DNA of 64,000 nucleotides from Diplonema japonicum (lineage: Eukaryota; Protista; Euglenozoa: Diplonemea): the NCBI GenBank assembly GCA_964019335.1, contig OZ025652.1, positions 620,001 through 684,000 on the forward strand. The letters run 5' to 3'. Both the position numbers and the translations under genes were made by a program. Shown in pieces: positions 59,187 to 64,000 of this stretch. Under the pieces are notes generated by a model that worked only from the letters and a program-made list of their open reading frames with translations, was not told the origin of the DNA and searched no databases. How positions within the stretch are numbered: position 1 is the stretch's first letter; every line of letters starts with the position of its first letter.

Positions 59187-59405
59187 TTACGACTCCCCAG
59201 ATACAACGCGTCTCGATTTCATTATTTCTTGGACCTTTCCCAATCTCTCAGCGGCCTTCCCGGTCACTAGCATCTCCGGGGTTGGGAATTCGTAGCCCCC
59301 TGCCATGGGGCGTTTCAATGTATCCGTTCTAACGTACTTATTGCCACCTCTGTTGTTTAAAAGCTGTTTAGGGGGCGCCAGCAATGTGGTTGCGCGACGC
59401 ATCAT
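59187..59405 (-). CDS. Small hypothetical protein with mitochondrial-presequence-like start
   Basis: 72-aa ORF (MMRRATTLLA) between low-complexity spacers. Confidence 0.4.
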   Translation of the reverse strand: MMRRATTLLAPPKQLLNNRGGNKYVRTDTLKRPMAGGYEFPTPEMLVTGKAAERLGKVQEIMKSRRVVSGES

Positions 59406-59574
59406 GTTTCTTCCCTTTTTTCTTCTTCTTTTTTTTTTTTTTTTTCCTTTCTTCCGCGCAAGAAGGGGGAAAAAAAAGAAGAAGAAAAAAAACTGTGCAC
59501 TTCAACACACGGTGGAAAGTGAGATATAGGACACTTTTTTTTGGGGGGAATAAAAAAATAAAAAATAAAAATAA

Positions 59575-60126
59575 TCAATTTTTCTGATTTGGAATTCCCT
59601 GAGGACCACTATACGTTGGGTTAGGGGGTGCTTGCATTACCGCCCCACCTTGTGCCATGTAGTCCTGTTTTTTTTTTTTTTTTTTTTTTTCTTCCCCTTT
59701 TCCCCCCCCAAAAAAAAATACCTTTCGCCAACTGTCTCCCCGTTCTCTGAGTTGTTGGTTCGATTCGTTCAAGCTTCGCTCTCGGAGGTACCAAGCTAGA
59801 CCAAACGTAACAGGGAACGTCCATAGTGTGCCCACCAAAGCCCTTCGCAACATTTCACTTACATGATATAATTTATTGTGGACTGGTGAACGAAAGAAGA
59901 ACCACAACCCGTAGCACGACCCCATGCACCCCGACGCATTCAGGGAGTGATACACCGCTGGGTTCTCCCAAGCGTGCTTCCGCGACATCATGGTACCGAA
60001 ATTAAACCCCTCTGTCGTGTTGTTTTGATATCCATAGAATGCACCCCCCATTTCTTGTTTTTTTTTTTCCAGCACTTCTCTTTGGTGCTCCAGCTGCCTT
60101 AACTCATCATCGCCTGCTCTGCTCAT
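59575..60126 (-). CDS. Small two-TM protein (possibly Cox20-like); probable in-frame intron 59665-59721
   Basis: ATG 60126; two hydrophobic segments; GTATTT..AAACAG low-complexity intron. Confidence 0.5.
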   Translation of the reverse strand: MSRAGDDELRQLEHQREVLEKKKQEMGGAFYGYQNNTTEGFNFGTMMSRKHAWENPAVYHSLNASGCMGSCYGLWFFFRSPVHNKLYHVSEMLRRALVGTLWTFPVTFGLAWYLRERSLNESNQQLRERGDSWRKVFFFGGGKGEEKKKKKKKQDYMAQGGAVMQAPPNPTYSGPQGIPNQKN

Positions 60127-60847
60127 ATTTTTTTTTTTAATTATTTTTTTTTGATTTCCTTCTCCCTCCAGTCCAACCCTCCTATATATATATATTTTTT
60201 TTTGTTGATTGTACAGGAACAACGAGAGAGAAAAAAAAGGGAGAGAAAGATGTCAGAATAAAAATAAAAAAGGCATTTCTTATGGTTGCTACACTAATTC
60301 GCATTTGTGCACAGTGAAGAATTTTTAAAAAAAAAGGGGGGGGGAAAGAGGGTTAGACATCCCTTTTCCAACCTCTTTCGTTCTTTTTTTCTTTTTTTTT
60401 TTCCTTTGAAGAAAAAAAAGAAGAAAAATTAACAACTAAAAAAAATATTAAAAAAAGGAACCTACTACCGGTTGCTTTTTTTTTTTTCTCCTCTCCTTTT
60501 TTTTTCTTCCTCCTCCCTTCCCCAGACATACCCTTCCCCCTTTCGTTGCCCTTTTCTTTTTTTTTAAAAAAAAACAGGGGCTTTTTTTTTGTACTCAAAT
60601 CCAATAAAGTAGTTTTAAGGGAGAACAAGAGGTTCGAAAGAGAGGATGGGGGAGGGAAGAAGAAAAAAAAAATACCTGAACCTAATAAAAAAGGAGGGGG
60701 AGGGATAGAGAGCGCCCAGAAGTAAGTCACGTAACAAAGAGCTAAACAGTCATCAACAGGAGGGGAGGGGTCAAAGAAAATCAACATAAAAAAATAAAAC
60801 AAAACAAAGGACCAGATAATTAATATGCATTTTTTTTTTTTTTTTTT

Positions 60848-61539
60848 TTTTATTTCACTCTTCAGAAATTACTTCACGCACTGGGGGGCCATTACTTCAC
60901 GCTAAATCTCATTACTTCACGGTGAAATAATGGCCTGTTTTCCGTGAAGTAATAGGGGGTTTCCGTTAAATAATATGCCTCGGTGGGCCAATTTTTGCCT
61001 CGGTTCGGTTCCCAGTGGGGCTACTTTTTCCTCTCAGTTTGCTATTTCCCCCCAGGTTCAACTCAATTGGCCAACTTTTGCCTCGGCTCAGTTCCAAGTT
61101 GGACTACTTTTTCCTCCCAATTTGCCCACTTTTGGCTAGGCCTTGTTCCCAGTTTCTGTGGGTAACTCTTCTGTGGGTAAGGGTAACTTAGTCAGCTTAC
61201 CCAAAGCACCCCAAAAGACTTCAAAATACCGAAGCAGCAGAAAAAAAGGAGCCAGCGGCCGCGCTAGGTATGGGAAGGCCTGATTAGAGATGGTGACAGT
61301 GGCAATGCCAGCGACAGCGGCAGCTCTTAGTCAACAAAAGGAGGAAAAACAACTTGTATTGTAACCTTTGTAACCCCTCTCTTGTTGTACCCCTTGTCAC
61401 CCTGTTGTGCCCCTTGTGGTGAAGTAATTTCAGAGTGTTGTGAAATAAAACCACTTACCTACCACCAAGTAATGCTTTACTGACCTCTCGGAACCTCGAG
61501 GTAACGGTAAAGTCATTACTTGTTGGCAGTAAATAGCTA
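60848..61539 (+). mobile_element. Non-autonomous Helentron/Helitron2-like element, family A copy 2
   Basis: Near-identical to 4448-5151 (one fewer 20-bp repeat, small insertion in the hairpin loop); T-runs on both sides, unrelated flanks. Confidence 0.7.
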
Positions 61540-62043
61540 TTTTTTTTTTTCTTTTTTTTTTGCATCCCTACAATTTCGTATTTTGACCACAAAGTAATGC
61601 GAAGCTCAGGATGAAACCCCAGCGAAGCGCTCAAGGAAATGTGCTGACCACACAACTTTTTTTTTCCTTCATTTTTTTCTCCTCTTTTTTTTTTTTTTTT
61701 TAAATGGTGGTGTGGAGGGCAACAGAAAAGATACCAAATAATAAAAGTGAAGACTTTCCAGTCCACGAAGAGGCAGTGTACTTTGACCTTGACCGAACAA
61801 AAAAAAAAAGAAAAAGAAAAAAGAAAAGAAAAACCTCTAGTCAATTTGGGAGGCTAAAAGAATAAAAGAATTTAACGACCCCCTCCTTTCTAGCTGCAAA
61901 AATAGGGTTAACTAAAGCAAAGAACAACAAACAAAAAAAAAAAGGAGATGAAGAGGTGCCTACAAGGACGTACCCAATGGGGGAAGACGTCGTTGAGCAA
62001 CAGAGGGGCTTTTCAGCAAATCCAGTTTGGTGAGTGGGCGATC

Positions 62044-63186
62044 CTATAATTTATTTCCTTTTTTTTTCTTTTTTTCCCATACCGGTGCGTCTTCCTTTGG
62101 AGTTGCAAGAGGCTCTGTGGGAGCCTCCTTATGCGGAATAGGTGCACTGCCAACCTGTGCCTCTGTCTGTGTTTGTGGTGGTTGTGGTGGTGGTGTTTCA
62201 ATATCGGTTTCTTCTTCTTCTTCCTCAATGCTGTCTTCTTGACCATGGTCACATGATTGCATTTCAACAGCAGCTTCATCAGCAGCATGCCGTGCCTTGG
62301 CCAATGCTGATTTCAACAAATGTGATTTCCTTGAAGCCATGATCCACTCGTAAGTTGTGAGCCGTCTGCGGGAGAGCACACCGTGGAATTTGAACAGTTC
62401 GATGAGCAATCCCCAGGCAAGAAGGTCCAGACCCAAGATGCACATTACTGCGATACGGTAGTTGAGAAGCGGCATCCCGTTGAGGTAGTGGTCCAAGAGG
62501 TGTGGGTACTTCCCGCTGTGGTGGTAGGTGTCAATCATGATCCACACGCAGACGAAGCCCAGCACTGTGGACATGACGAGGGTGATGCTGAGGAAGGTGT
62601 AGAAGTAAACGTAATTGGCAGCCCCGACACAGGTGTTCAGCCACTTGCAGTGGTGGTCGAAGTCGCAAACACATTTATTACACGGTTTGCAATGTTTCGA
62701 CTCCGTCCGGATCCACGCTTTGCAAACACCGCACTTCACAGAAGGTACCGCATCGTGCTCGTAGAGGTTAGTATGCTCATCATGCTTTGTGCCAGGGTCG
62801 ACTGGATCGACCGTTGTTGCCTTGTAGTTGCTCCAAATCATGATAACATAGCTTGCACTGATGAATGCGTACGTCACGTAATCCCACGGGGTCGGGAGGA
62901 TAGGGGCCAGCATAACTATCACCAATATATAAAAAACAAGGAATAGTACCCAGCTTGCGATCTGCAGGAGATGCCATGGCCGGTGGAACCCATGTCGCCT
63001 CATGGGCATCTGTCTGCCCACGTCAGCCGGGACGATCTTTCTCTTGTAAGGGAAGCCATGGAACAGTGGTATTTTCGGTTGTACGACCACCACGCCCTCT
63101 GCGCCTCCGACTGTTTCGGTGTTGTTTGCCCCTTCGCTGCTTATTTGGATTCCCACCGCTTCCCCTGGTTGGGCGGTGCCACCCAT
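62044..63186 (-). CDS. DHHC palmitoyltransferase (ends uncertain, probable terminal intron)
   Basis: SKHCKPCNKCVCDFDHHCKWLNTCVG, four TM segments, TTYE motif. Confidence 0.92.
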   Translation of the reverse strand: MGGTAQPGEAVGIQISSEGANNTETVGGAEGVVVVQPKIPLFHGFPYKRKIVPADVGRQMPMRRHGFHRPWHLLQIASWVLFLVFYILVIVMLAPILPTPWDYVTYAFISASYVIMIWSNYKATTVDPVDPGTKHDEHTNLYEHDAVPSVKCGVCKAWIRTESKHCKPCNKCVCDFDHHCKWLNTCVGAANYVYFYTFLSITLVMSTVLGFVCVWIMIDTYHHSGKYPHLLDHYLNGMPLLNYRIAVMCILGLDLLAWGLLIELFKFHGVLSRRRLTTYEWIMASRKSHLLKSALAKARHAADEAAVEMQSCDHGQEDSIEEEEEETDIETPPPQPPQTQTEAQVGSAPIPHKEAPTEPLATPKEDAPVWEKKKKKGNKL

Positions 63187-64000
63187 TTTTGACACCTATG
63201 GAGTGTGGGGTATTTTTTATTTTTATTTTTAAAGTGTTGCAGAAAAAAAAAGAAAAAAAAAGGGAATACAGAACGAAAGCAAATACGATTAGACAATTTT
63301 TTTTTCTTTCTCGTTCTGAAAAAAAAAATAAACAAAGAAGAGAAAAAAAAATACAACAAAGGTGACAGGTGGTGTGTGAAAACAATGAAAGAGGGGGGGG
63401 GGGGGGGGGGTGGGAGTAATGACGAACATCCCATGGGTAAATAAAGGAAAAAAAGAAAAGGGTCATGTTCTTTTTTGTCCTTGTTTCTTTAAATACTGCT
63501 AGTGCGGGTTTTTTTTTTCTCTTTTTTTCTTCTTGTAGTTTGTGAGCACCCACAATTAAAAAGAGAAACCACACGGGGGGGGGGAGAAAAATTTAAAGAA
63601 AAGAGAAACAACTTAAGAAAGCCCACAGTGGCAGGCATAACAACTCAACACGAGAGAAGAGGGAGGGTTTAATAGTATTTTTCCAGCCTTGTGTCTCTAA
63701 GGTCCTGCTGCCCGACGTCTCGCACACAGGCAGCATCTCGTAACATTGAATTTCTTTTTTTTTTTCCCGCCTTGCCAGAGAGAACAAGGCATTAAAATCC
63801 CCCTTTTTTTTTTCCAGGATATAAAAATCACACAACACGACCCAAATAATTCGCACGCTTTTTTAATTTTTTTTTTTATTTTCTTTTATTTTTTTTTTTT
63901 TTTTAATCTTTTGCCCTTCGACTTTTTTTTTTATTTCTATTTTTTTTTTTTCTTTTCCCCCCGTCTGCCTCCTTCTCATTCTTCCGCTCCTCCTTTTCTT

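Overview
Eukaryotic nuclear DNA from a euglenozoan, most plausibly a diplonemid-type flagellate. The evidence is paraflagellar-rod genes, single-hairpin AGA-box guide RNAs, about 24 genes all on the minus strand, and many tiny GT-AG cis-introns. Genes include two ATP-citrate lyase copies, a 2022-aa coiled-coil/beta-repeat protein, RING and MYND zinc-finger proteins, a SHIPPO-repeat protein, a three-domain Rid protein ending in AKL, two cathepsin-L copies, DNA polymerase delta, three PFR1 copies, LeuRS, an RRM/RS protein, long-chain acyl-CoA synthetase, PRCC-like, GT64, DnaJ and DHHC genes. Main structure not visible in the ORF track: (1) a six-member snoRNA cassette (four box C/D, two AGA-box H/ACA-like) fills intron 2 of every PFR1 copy and also occurs shuffled and free-standing between Pol delta and cathepsin; (2) three non-coding elements of two families sit in poly(T) tracts with asymmetric inverted repeats, iterons and a 3' hairpin (Helentron/Helitron2-like), one inside an intron; (3) an FN3-like insertion in LeuRS; (4) a single-chain Rid pseudo-trimer; (5) 32-58-nt, mostly phase-0, A/CA-rich introns. 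All assignments come from reading the sequence; no searches were run.
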